28,508 nucleotides of DNA from Capsulimonadales bacterium (GTDB lineage: Bacteria > Armatimonadota > Armatimonadia > Armatimonadales > Armatimonadaceae): NCBI GenBank assembly GCA_033762295.1, contig JANRLW010000081.1, positions 1-28,508 on the forward strand. Direction: 5' to 3'. The position numbers were made by a program, and so were the translations under genes. A model generated the notes under the pieces. The model saw nothing but the letters and a program-made list of their open reading frames with translations, was not told where the DNA came from and did no database searches. The stretch's first letter is position 1. Each line of letters starts with the position of its first letter. Below, piece by piece: positions 17,104-25,192 of this stretch.

Positions 17104-18810
17104 TCAGGCTTTAGGCCGGGCCAGATCCCAGAAATCGTTCGTTTCGGTGTCCTGATGGCCGATCCCCAGGATGTCGGTACACCCCTGATCGGGGTCGTAC
17201 GTGTAATAGATGCGATACCCTTCTCCGAAAGAGGCGCATTCGGTATCGCCGAACAGGGCTTTCCCCCGGAGCGTTTGAAAAACTCCCTCGTTCAGTTCGG
17301 CCAGGGCGCTCTCCGCCTGCGCGACGACCTCCGGGTTCTCCTGCCGAATGAACCAGTTGACCACCCGATTGCCGTAGGTCAGGCGGGGGGCGCAGAAGGC
17401 CAGGTGATGGCGAAGCTGCTCGCTACGTTTTCGATAGATGGCTTCCAGTTCGCCTCGCAGATCGTGCAGTTGCGTTTCCAGAGCGCCGGTTCGCCGGGTG
17501 AGTCCCGTCAGTTCCATCTCCAGGAACGGGGTTTCGTCCGCCGCTTTCTGTCGCGTCTCCGCCAGTTGCCGTTCCGCCAGCATCTGCTCCCGGCGCGCCT
17601 CATAGACCTGGCCGCTGAGAAGGGCCGCCAGTCGGGCGCTATCGTCGCCTCCGTTTTCCGCCTGACGTTGCGCGTCGGCCAGCATCGACTCCGTAGACAT
17701 TCGTTTCTTTCGCGCGGTCTTGACCGCCGCTTCCGCTTCGGACACCGTCTGGCGCAGCTGGGCGAGCGCATTGCTTGCCTGTCGTAACTGGATCTGCGCC
17801 TTCGTCAGTTCCGACCTACCGACGTTGATGTCCTTCTCCACCTGCCGGATGCGGGCGGAATCCGTCTCAAACTCGGCCCTGGACGCCGGGGACGTACACC
17901 AGCCTTCGCGTTCGAAAAATCGGTTCATCCGCTCCATGCGTTGTGCCAACCCGGCGAAGACGATGCAATCGATCAGCTCGTTCCCGGCTCTCCGTCCCTG
18001 GGCGACCCACTGGAAAATGGGCGTCAGGTTCCCGGTCGGGACGGTAATCCCCGGATGCGACAGGGCGCCGGGAGCGGACGACAGGAACATATAGGCGGCG
18101 AACGGCAGAGATATCCCGCAGGAGACGGTGAACACCGAGTAGGCGATGACCGAGAGCGCAAGGCAGGCCCCAAACTCCGTCGGCTCGATTCTGCCGGACA
18201 CGCCTGTACTAACGTTCAGGGAAAAGAGCCGGGTACGGATGGCCGGTGCGGTCAGGGAATCGATCCGCAAAGCCTCATGGAGCGTTTCCTGGTTCTCGCG
18301 CGGAATTCGGGCCAGATGCTTTTCCAGTTCGCGATCAAACTGCGTACGCTGGTCGGCGTTCATGCCCTCCCATCGACCGTGGAAATCCTCGCTCATCCGG
18401 CGAAGTTTCGCCGCCATCACCCGCTGGGCCAGGACATGGGGGGTCAGATACGGATCGATGTCGTGCTTTTTGGCGACGGCTCGCAACGCCGCCAGGGTGA
18501 TACACGGACCGGAGAGCGTCCGGGGACAGCCCGATCGTTCCGCCACGGTCGATTTGAGAAACGCCAGTCGCTCCTCTCCCTGCATTCGCGCAAACTTATC
18601 GCGGGACTGCAGCGAAAGGGCTTCGGGAGTGCCGTGAGCGGCACCCGCGTTCCGTTTGAAAAAGGAAAGGATCTTATGGGTGGGACGCGTCGGTTCCGGG
18701 GTCATCGAGTTCCGCTCGATGTGCCCCTGTTCCAGCAAAGCGGCGAAAGTCGCCTGCTCGTCGGACGAACACTCACTCAGGCCATCGAAAAGATCCGGAC
18801 AGACGCTCAT
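17104..18810 (-). CDS. YaaW/UPF0174-like N-terminal and membrane region + coiled coil + putative RelE/ParE-like C-terminal domain
   Basis: DLFDGLSECSSDEQATFAALL and WEGMNADQRTQF resemble YaaW; hydrophobic FGACLALSVIAYSVFTVSCGISLPFAAYMFL; roughly 150-aa heptad region; C-terminal GYRIYYTY...DILGIGH. AAGGA RBS before ATG 18810. The CDS is solid; the domain calls are tentative. Confidence 0.6.
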   Translation of the reverse strand: MSVCPDLFDGLSECSSDEQATFAALLEQGHIERNSMTPEPTRPTHKILSFFKRNAGAAHGTPEALSLQSRDKFARMQGEERLAFLKSTVAERSGCPRTLSGPCITLAALRAVAKKHDIDPYLTPHVLAQRVMAAKLRRMSEDFHGRWEGMNADQRTQFDRELEKHLARIPRENQETLHEALRIDSLTAPAIRTRLFSLNVSTGVSGRIEPTEFGACLALSVIAYSVFTVSCGISLPFAAYMFLSSAPGALSHPGITVPTGNLTPIFQWVAQGRRAGNELIDCIVFAGLAQRMERMNRFFEREGWCTSPASRAEFETDSARIRQVEKDINVGRSELTKAQIQLRQASNALAQLRQTVSEAEAAVKTARKKRMSTESMLADAQRQAENGGDDSARLAALLSGQVYEARREQMLAERQLAETRQKAADETPFLEMELTGLTRRTGALETQLHDLRGELEAIYRKRSEQLRHHLAFCAPRLTYGNRVVNWFIRQENPEVVAQAESALAELNEGVFQTLRGKALFGDTECASFGEGYRIYYTYDPDQGCTDILGIGHQDTETNDFWDLARPKA

Positions 18811-19026
18811 GCAATATCCTTCGTCAGTCCCGGTGGGCACCCTGCGCCGGTAGAGTCCCTGGCTGCCGGATCCGAACCGGGAGGAATTCGCAGGTGCATA
18901 ACGCACAAACCGTACCGAAGAAGCGTCCTCCGATTTTCCGGACGAAATACCGGGAAGCCGGTGTCCGGCCCCGTATGTTTGCCGTAATGCAGTTTGCCAC
19001 AATTGGTGGGCCCCGCCCCGGAAACC

Positions 19027-19055
19027 TGTTATAATGGCGCGTGTAATGGGTGCAA
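19027..19055. promoter_or_regulatory. Overlapping bidirectional promoter
   Basis: Plus strand: extended -10 TGnTATAAT (19027-35). Minus strand: TTGCAC-16 bp-TATAAC (19055-19028). Confidence 0.55.
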
Positions 19056-19136
19056 TCCGTAGAAAAATGTAATTCTTCCGAAGCCGAAATACGATCGCAC
19101 AGGACTCGTTATTCGTTTTGAGAAGGAAACCGACTC

Positions 19137-19499
19137 GTGCAAAACAAACGCTTTCCCCAGGCGCTTCTGCCCTGGATTCGACGTCAGGGCCTGGAAAACT
19201 GTACGTTCGTTGAAATTATCCGCTCGCAGCGGCAAACCGTCGAGGAGCCGCGACTCCCCGAGACGCCCCTCCCCGCCGATCTTCCGGACCCGGAACCGGG
19301 TTCCGGCATGGTCGAGGAGCCGACGCTGACCCTGTGCTGGCAGGAGGACGGCTTGCGCTACTTCACGCGTCAGACCGAGCCGCTCGACCGGACCTCCGGG
19401 CCGCACGGCTTCGGCACGACGAGCCTTCGGGTCTGCTACTGGCTCGCCGTACCGACGCGCGAGACGAACGCCCCCGTTTCGACGGCGGACGCCCGGTAA
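19137..19499 (+). CDS. Hypothetical 120-aa protein
   Basis: GTG start with AAGGA RBS, upstream extended -10, downstream hairpin; fills an otherwise empty interval. Confidence 0.65.
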   Translation: MQNKRFPQALLPWIRRQGLENCTFVEIIRSQRQTVEEPRLPETPLPADLPDPEPGSGMVEEPTLTLCWQEDGLRYFTRQTEPLDRTSGPHGFGTTSLRVCYWLAVPTRETNAPVSTADAR

Positions 19500-19511
19500 T
19501 CGGAAATCCTC

Positions 19512-19560
19512 GCGGTCCGTGTCCGGTTCGGGGGATCCGGTCCCCCGAACCGGAGACCGC
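19512..19560. terminator. Hairpin between convergent genes
   Basis: TCCGGTTCGGGGGA-TCCGG-TCCCCCGAACCGGA, with an outer GCGGTC/GACCGC pair. Confidence 0.7.
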
Positions 19561-20016
19561 CTAACCCTCCATCAGCATCGAGAGCAGATTGATCTGTCCC
19601 TCATGGTAGGACATATTCCAGAACGGCAGGCTGATCAGTTCGAGGACGGTGCGCGGTCCCCACGGCATCTGAATGACAACCGCGAGTTCCTCGTCGGACA
19701 GGGTCCGAATCTTGGCCGCCAGTTGGGCGGTATTCTCCTTCAATGCCGGTTCGAGCTGGCTGAGGTCCGCCAGCATCGCGCCGATCGCCGCCGGGAATTT
19801 CGCCATCGCGTCGGCGGGGACCGTTTTGCTTTCCAGCATTCCGACCAGACCGCCGTTGATGATCGCGCACTCGGCCACCTGGTTGGCGGCGGAACGGGTC
19901 TTTTCGGACGGCGCCCAGTTTCGCTTGTCCTCAGGAAGTCGATGATACGCCGCCAGCAGATCGACGGCGGCTTTCTCGGCGGCATCGGCCAGGTAATTTT
20001 GAACGGTAAGGGACAT
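19561..20016 (-). CDS. DinB/YfiT-family protein
   Basis: LPEDKRNWAPSEKTRSAANQVAEC, LSDEEL, C-terminal NMSYHEGQI; size fits the four-helix bundle. Confidence 0.82.
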   Translation of the reverse strand: MSLTVQNYLADAAEKAAVDLLAAYHRLPEDKRNWAPSEKTRSAANQVAECAIINGGLVGMLESKTVPADAMAKFPAAIGAMLADLSQLEPALKENTAQLAAKIRTLSDEELAVVIQMPWGPRTVLELISLPFWNMSYHEGQINLLSMLMEG

Positions 20017-20116
20017 GGTACGCTCCGGGATCGCAGGAGTAACGGTCGGCCATGGCAGTGGCGGCCGACCGTCGTTGATCCCTGCGTAGCATACCCGTCA
20101 CGTGGCCGGTTTTGTA

Positions 20117-21025
20117 TTACCGTGCCGGATCGGGCTTGGCGACCGCGGCGATCAGGATCGATCCGAATCGGTTGACGCCCGGCAGGGCGGCGGCCTGACG
20201 AGCCACCCAGGCCCGCAGACGATCGTTCGGCACCCGGCTGATGAACGGGACTTCGACGCAGATCGGCCGCATTCCCTCGATTCGAAAATCCGTCAGGTCC
20301 GCCTTCAGGGAATTCGGCGTGAAACACTGATAGAAGATTCCGCCTTCGGCATAGTAGCCGGACTCCGGCAGCTTTTTCAGGATGCGCCGCTGATCCTGAT
20401 GATGGGCGCTCACCACATACCGACCACCCGGTCGAAGCGCCGCCGCGACGGTTCGATTGCAGGCACGACGCAGTTCGGCCGTCGGCAGGTTGGAATACAG
20501 GGTGGTCAGAGCCAGGTCGAACGCATTCGGCGTCAATCGGAGCGTGCCAACATCGGCCCGTACCAGACCGACCCGCGCCCCCGCCGGAAGCTGGGCGAGA
20601 TTCCGGCGTAACGCCGTGATCGAGAAGTCGACCGCCAGCAGGCGGTCGGCCGTGGCCAGTCGGCGAGTATAGATTCCGGGGCCGCAGCCCAGTTCAAGGA
20701 TCGTTTTTCCTTCGGGGGAGCCGATCTCCCGCAGAGTGGAATCGACCTCCGCGACATCGCGCCAGGACGGCGGCGTTCCCTGAACACCCCGAAGGATCGG
20801 TTCACTTCCGTCTCGCAGTTCCAGTTCGTGCCGGCTGTCCGCATCCTGCGGCCCATCCTCGCCCAGAAGATCGAGAATCCCGTCCCAAATCCGGTAGAAT
20901 CGCCCGCACTGCCGGCACCGTACCTTGCCGTTTGAAATAGTCTCGGAAGCCGAAACGGATACCGTTTCGAGCGCCCCCCCGTCCTTCGTACAGCGCACCA
21001 GATTCAAAAAGCGTAGCGAAAACAT
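20117..21025 (-). CDS. Class I SAM-dependent methyltransferase with N-terminal Trm112-like domain
   Basis: LVRCTKDGGAL...CRQCGRFYRIWDGILDLL; motif I ILELGCGPG, AVDFS, AFDLA, ALRPGGRY. Confidence 0.88.
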   Translation of the reverse strand: MFSLRFLNLVRCTKDGGALETVSVSASETISNGKVRCRQCGRFYRIWDGILDLLGEDGPQDADSRHELELRDGSEPILRGVQGTPPSWRDVAEVDSTLREIGSPEGKTILELGCGPGIYTRRLATADRLLAVDFSITALRRNLAQLPAGARVGLVRADVGTLRLTPNAFDLALTTLYSNLPTAELRRACNRTVAAALRPGGRYVVSAHHQDQRRILKKLPESGYYAEGGIFYQCFTPNSLKADLTDFRIEGMRPICVEVPFISRVPNDRLRAWVARQAAALPGVNRFGSILIAAVAKPDPAR

Positions 21026-21089
21026 CGTTAAGACTCCATTTCTCGCCTCGTCAGCAGGCGTCGTTCATCGTCATGACCGTCGCCGACGG

Positions 21090-22484
21090 TCAGGAACCCG
21101 TCACAACCCACAGCAGCCAGGCTCCCAGCATCTCCTTTATGAAAGAACGCGGATAACGCAGCCAGGTCAAGAACGCCCCGGTTCGATCGATCAGGGACGG
21201 CATTCGGTCATCGGAATCGGCGACCGGGTCCGTCAGCCGTCGGCCACGGTCGAACCGATCGAGCCATGAACGCCAGCTTCCGGCCTCCTCCGGTTCGAAA
21301 CGCCCCAGAGCCGTCAGGAGAGAGAGCATCAATCGAAACTTCCACCGATGGCAATAGGCACGCGGTTCGGCGGTGTCCGCGGACTTCGCCCGGGCGACCA
21401 ATCGTTTCAGGGCTTCGCGCTGTCCCAGAGCCGCCCGGTAGGTCATTTCCGGCAGAGGCATCCCCCGATCGATGTCGAAAGCCATCTGGTTGAAATAACG
21501 GGGGTTAAAATCGATCAGGAGGTACCGACCATCCTGATTCCGTTGAATAAACTCCGCCTCGAAGACGCCATAATAGCCGGTTCTCCGGCACAACGCCCGA
21601 ATCTTATCCCGCAGTTCGGGATCCACCGGCGCACTTTCGAAGCAGAGGCCGATTCCGACACGCCGTGGATACTGCAAAACCTTTCGCGCCGCTCGACAGA
21701 CGAACTGCTCCCCGCTGTCGTCGATAAAGCCCGAGATCGAATAAATTCCCTCCGCCGCCTCCGGAAGGAAAGCCTGGATCATGGGCCACCGGAGAAACGG
21801 ATCGCCGGTAAGGCTATCGTCCTGGTTCACCTGGGAATCCCGAAAGTCCCGGAAATCCCTGATGGTCTCTTGCGAAGATCGAACGACGGATCCCTTGGCC
21901 AGCCAGAATACCTGTGTCCGCGCCTTGATCAATGCCGGATAGGTGAACGTCTCCGCCGCCAGGCGCAGAGACTCTTCGTTCTCCGGATAGACGGTAGGGG
22001 GTGTTTCCAATCCGACGTCGGCACAGGCTTCATGAAGCCGTTTTTTGTTCAGGATTCGGGCGATTACGTCAGCGGACGGCGAATAGAGTCGGTAGAACCG
22101 CTGCAGTGACTGTCGATGTCGGGCGAACAGCCAGGCCGTTTCATCGCACGCCGGATAAAGCACCTTTCCGGGTTCCTTCTCTCCGTATTCCAACAGCCAG
22201 TTGAGAAACTCGGTTGGCCGGGAGATCGGTGGGCTTTTCAGGCGGCGCGAGGTATAGCGCGACCACCGGGAGGGGGTAACCGACCGTGCATCCGCCAGAT
22301 ACATCGGGATTCCCAGGCGTCCGCAGTGGCGCACGGCCGCCAGCGTTCCCATATAGGTCGTCGTCGTCAGCAGGATGGGGCAGGTGTCTTCGCCCTCCGC
22401 CAGCGATTCGATTTGCGCCCGAAGGGTACTGCCTGTGTCCGCGACGGTTCGGCGGACACTCGACGGCGGAACTTCAATGATCAC
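21090..22484 (-). CDS. ATP-grasp carboxylate-amine ligase (D-aspartate-ligase-like)
   Basis: LYPACD, NKKRLHEAC..VGLETP, YPALIKAR, MIQAFLP, GVFEAEF, LIDFNPR. Confidence 0.85.
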   Translation of the reverse strand: MIIEVPPSSVRRTVADTGSTLRAQIESLAEGEDTCPILLTTTTYMGTLAAVRHCGRLGIPMYLADARSVTPSRWSRYTSRRLKSPPISRPTEFLNWLLEYGEKEPGKVLYPACDETAWLFARHRQSLQRFYRLYSPSADVIARILNKKRLHEACADVGLETPPTVYPENEESLRLAAETFTYPALIKARTQVFWLAKGSVVRSSQETIRDFRDFRDSQVNQDDSLTGDPFLRWPMIQAFLPEAAEGIYSISGFIDDSGEQFVCRAARKVLQYPRRVGIGLCFESAPVDPELRDKIRALCRRTGYYGVFEAEFIQRNQDGRYLLIDFNPRYFNQMAFDIDRGMPLPEMTYRAALGQREALKRLVARAKSADTAEPRAYCHRWKFRLMLSLLTALGRFEPEEAGSWRSWLDRFDRGRRLTDPVADSDDRMPSLIDRTGAFLTWLRYPRSFIKEMLGAWLLWVVTGS

Positions 22485-22522
22485 GTTTCTATCCTTGTCA
22501 GGGTTCTCAATAGGGGGTTCGA

Positions 22523-24004
22523 TTAGAAGGAGCCGCGAAGAAGGGGCACTCGTCCGGGCGATCGCCGATCGCTGCGTGCATGTTCGATCTCGTCGAGAAC
22601 GACCAGATCCTCGAAGGTTTCGGCGCGGCGTACCAGGGTCGATTCCCCTTGCTCCAGCCAGACGATAGCCGGTTGAGGAAAGGAGAACGACGTACTGAAG
22701 GGTACGAAATACGCGCCGGCGTCCATGATGGCGATCGGATCGCCCGGAGACAGTTCCGGCAAATCCCAGGCATTCACCAGAACATCGCCCGGAGTGCAGA
22801 TCGGTCCGGCCAGTCGGTACGTCTTTTTCGGACGCGCCTCCGGATCGCCGACCGGGAAAATCTGGTGGTATTCGTTGCGGACGCTATCGGCCAGGTTGAT
22901 TCCGGCGTCCAGAATCGCGTAGGTGAGATTCTCATCGAACGCCTTGGTCATCATGACCTGACTCAACAGCATCTGCGTACTGGCTGTCATCGCGCGGCCC
23001 GGTTCGACGAAGATCCGCGGCATCTTGCGGGATAGCTGACGATAATGAGCGAAGACACAGTCGAAAAGCGTCGCGACATAGTCACGGATCGACAGCACCG
23101 ACTCCGGGCGGCGTGGCTGCAGATCGCAGAGGAAGGTCCGGTTCATCCGAACGTCCCGTGCGGACAGACTGCGGGTCGTTCGACAGGCGAGACTGCCGCC
23201 GAAGTCCAGGATTTCGAGTTCGAGTCCCAGTTTCTCCCGCAACGAATCGGTGAACGCCAGAACCTCCCCGGCAAAACGAACGACCTCGTCCCGTTCGGAG
23301 ATCTCCGCCCCCCGGTGAATGTGCAGCCCGACCACGTTCAGTTCCGGGTGCGCCAGCGCCTCCTCGAAGGCACGGAAGGCCGCGCCGGTGACTACGGGTT
23401 CACCGAATTGTCCGCCCCAGCCATCCGGAAGCACGACCCGAAGAGCGATGCGCGGTCGTTTCCCCACCCGTCGGGCGGCGGCCACGACCCGGGGAATCTC
23501 TTCCCGGCAGTTCAGATTGAGCAGGCAGATCTCACGATCGATCGCCAGATGCAGGGATTCATCGGACTTCGCCGGACCGTTATAGACGATTTTCTCCGGC
23601 GGCACCCCGAGGCGCAGCGCGAGCCAGAGTTCGTACGCCGAAATCACTTCCGCGCCGATGCCACGATCATGCATACGCCGGAGAACGGCGGGAACCGGGT
23701 TGGTCTTGTAGGAATAATAGACCTCGCACCCATGCTCCTGCCCCGGGGGCGGCGCCAGGAAATCCGCAATGTTGGTGTCCAGCGCCTGCGCGTCGACCAC
23801 ATGCAGCGGCGACCCGAACCGGCGCAAAAGGGAGCGCAACGACGTTCCATCGAGGCAGAGCTCCCCTGCGGAATTACGGGCCAATCGCCAGAGGGCCGGG
23901 TCCGGATCCGTGCGACGCGGTGTCCGTCCCTGATACCATTTTGTCGCAATTTGCTTGACAGTTCTCTTGATTCGCGCTCTGGTACCCGCAATAAACGGTG
24001 CCAT
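22523..24004 (-). CDS. Fold-type III PLP enzyme, diaminopimelate/ornithine decarboxylase-like
   Basis: FGSPLHVVD, PLP lysine YSYKTN, NGPAKS, HIHRG, EPGR, GPICTPGD, AGAY. Confidence 0.9.
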   Translation of the reverse strand: MAPFIAGTRARIKRTVKQIATKWYQGRTPRRTDPDPALWRLARNSAGELCLDGTSLRSLLRRFGSPLHVVDAQALDTNIADFLAPPPGQEHGCEVYYSYKTNPVPAVLRRMHDRGIGAEVISAYELWLALRLGVPPEKIVYNGPAKSDESLHLAIDREICLLNLNCREEIPRVVAAARRVGKRPRIALRVVLPDGWGGQFGEPVVTGAAFRAFEEALAHPELNVVGLHIHRGAEISERDEVVRFAGEVLAFTDSLREKLGLELEILDFGGSLACRTTRSLSARDVRMNRTFLCDLQPRRPESVLSIRDYVATLFDCVFAHYRQLSRKMPRIFVEPGRAMTASTQMLLSQVMMTKAFDENLTYAILDAGINLADSVRNEYHQIFPVGDPEARPKKTYRLAGPICTPGDVLVNAWDLPELSPGDPIAIMDAGAYFVPFSTSFSFPQPAIVWLEQGESTLVRRAETFEDLVVLDEIEHARSDRRSPGRVPLLRGSF

Positions 24005-24119
24005 ACGACCTCTCTCTCATTCGTCAGTGGGGAAAATGGATGGCGGTTGACGGGTGCCGGCATACTCCGGACGATCCCGTCATCGCTCGCCAACCGGCAC
24101 GGATGCGCCGGCGATGTCT

Positions 24120-24932
24120 CTACGCTTTTACCGGGATAACGGAAGGCAGGGTCAGGGAGAAAAGCTTCAGCAGGGCGTATTCCGCCATACCATGCCGCTC
24201 CTTGTATTTTCGATGGATGATCCGGTAGGACTCCATCACCGGCACCCAATCCTCCTGGAGGTCGTGCATCAAGGAGGAGGAACCGACCCGATAGTTGAGA
24301 ATCGGGCGATTGACGTAGACATGCCCGTAACGGCGGATGGCGCGCATCCAGAACTCCACGTCCTCGTAGTAGGCGATTTCAGGGTCGTAGCCTCCGAGCG
24401 TTTCGAACAGTTCGCGTCGGATCATGCAGGCGGAGTTCACCATTAACGCGCCACGGAACAGAATCAGCGCCACCGTACGCAATCGCGACGATTTGCTGGC
24501 GATTTGTGCGGCGCGAGTGAAATAGTCGGTCTTTTCGGCACAGATTTTGGGGTTGTTTCCGAACGGGACGACCCATCCGTAGGCGACCCCGGCGTCAGGA
24601 TTCTTTTCCAGCGCGTCGATCATGGCCTGGTACGCGCCGGTCGCGATACGGTCGTCATCATCGAGAAAATGCAGGTAACGTCCGGTAGCATGCCGGTAGG
24701 CAAGATTTCGAACCGCGGCGGGCCGTCCGCCGGAAGGTGTAGGATTCATGCAGTAGCGAACCCGCGCCTCGCCGAAACCCTCCGCCACGTCACGCGCGGA
24801 CCCCTCCGGACTGTCGTCCATAACAATGATCTCGGTATCCGGACCGGTTTCGTCCAGAACGCTTCGAATCGCTTCCGCCAGGAGAGCGGGACGCCGGAAA
24901 GTCGGAATGATCACCGATAAAAGCATCGACAT
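24120..24932 (-). CDS. Glycosyltransferase family 2
   Basis: SVIIPTFRR, IIVMDD, HFLDDDD (DxD), GGYD...EDVEFWMR. Confidence 0.93.
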   Translation of the reverse strand: MSMLLSVIIPTFRRPALLAEAIRSVLDETGPDTEIIVMDDSPEGSARDVAEGFGEARVRYCMNPTPSGGRPAAVRNLAYRHATGRYLHFLDDDDRIATGAYQAMIDALEKNPDAGVAYGWVVPFGNNPKICAEKTDYFTRAAQIASKSSRLRTVALILFRGALMVNSACMIRRELFETLGGYDPEIAYYEDVEFWMRAIRRYGHVYVNRPILNYRVGSSSLMHDLQEDWVPVMESYRIIHRKYKERHGMAEYALLKLFSLTLPSVIPVKA

Positions 24933-25032
24933 AAGGACCTCGCTAATCGATTCAATCCATTTTTAACCGACCGGGCAACGTCCTTGGGCGCGGCAGGCAA
25001 CTTCGTTCCATCAGTTCCAAACGAACACTCTC

Positions 25033-25097
25033 ACTATACAGGGTCATCTCCGAATCCTCGCTGTATATTTTACTGAAATTTTACTAATTTTTATTAA
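25033..25097 (-). promoter_or_regulatory. AT-rich repeated operator and -10 element upstream of the GT2 operon
   Basis: ATTTTACT (25067), ATTTTACT (25078), TTTTTATT (25088), spaced 11 and 10 bp; minus-strand TATAGT at 25038-33. Confidence 0.55.
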
Positions 25098-25131
25098 GGG
25101 GCCGAAGAGAGAGGGAATGGACTCAAAAGCC

Positions 25132-25160
25132 GAAAGAGGCGGGCAATGCCCGCCTCTTTC
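25132..25160 (-). terminator. Terminator of the yidC-jag-CDF-hypothetical run
   Basis: GAAAGAGGCGGGCA-A-TGCCCGCCTCTTTC perfect inverted repeat; GGCTTTT follows on the minus strand. Confidence 0.75.
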
Positions 25161-25192
25161 CGTCGTCGCATCCGGCATTCCGAAACCGTCGC

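Noticed and set aside
22523..24004. Naming the gene lysA
   Set aside because: Motif deviations and the cluster context suggest a specialised paralogue, so the symbol was withheld.
17104..25100. Prophage or integrative element
   Set aside because: The region has accessory-looking content but no integrase, transposase, tRNA or flanking att repeats were seen.
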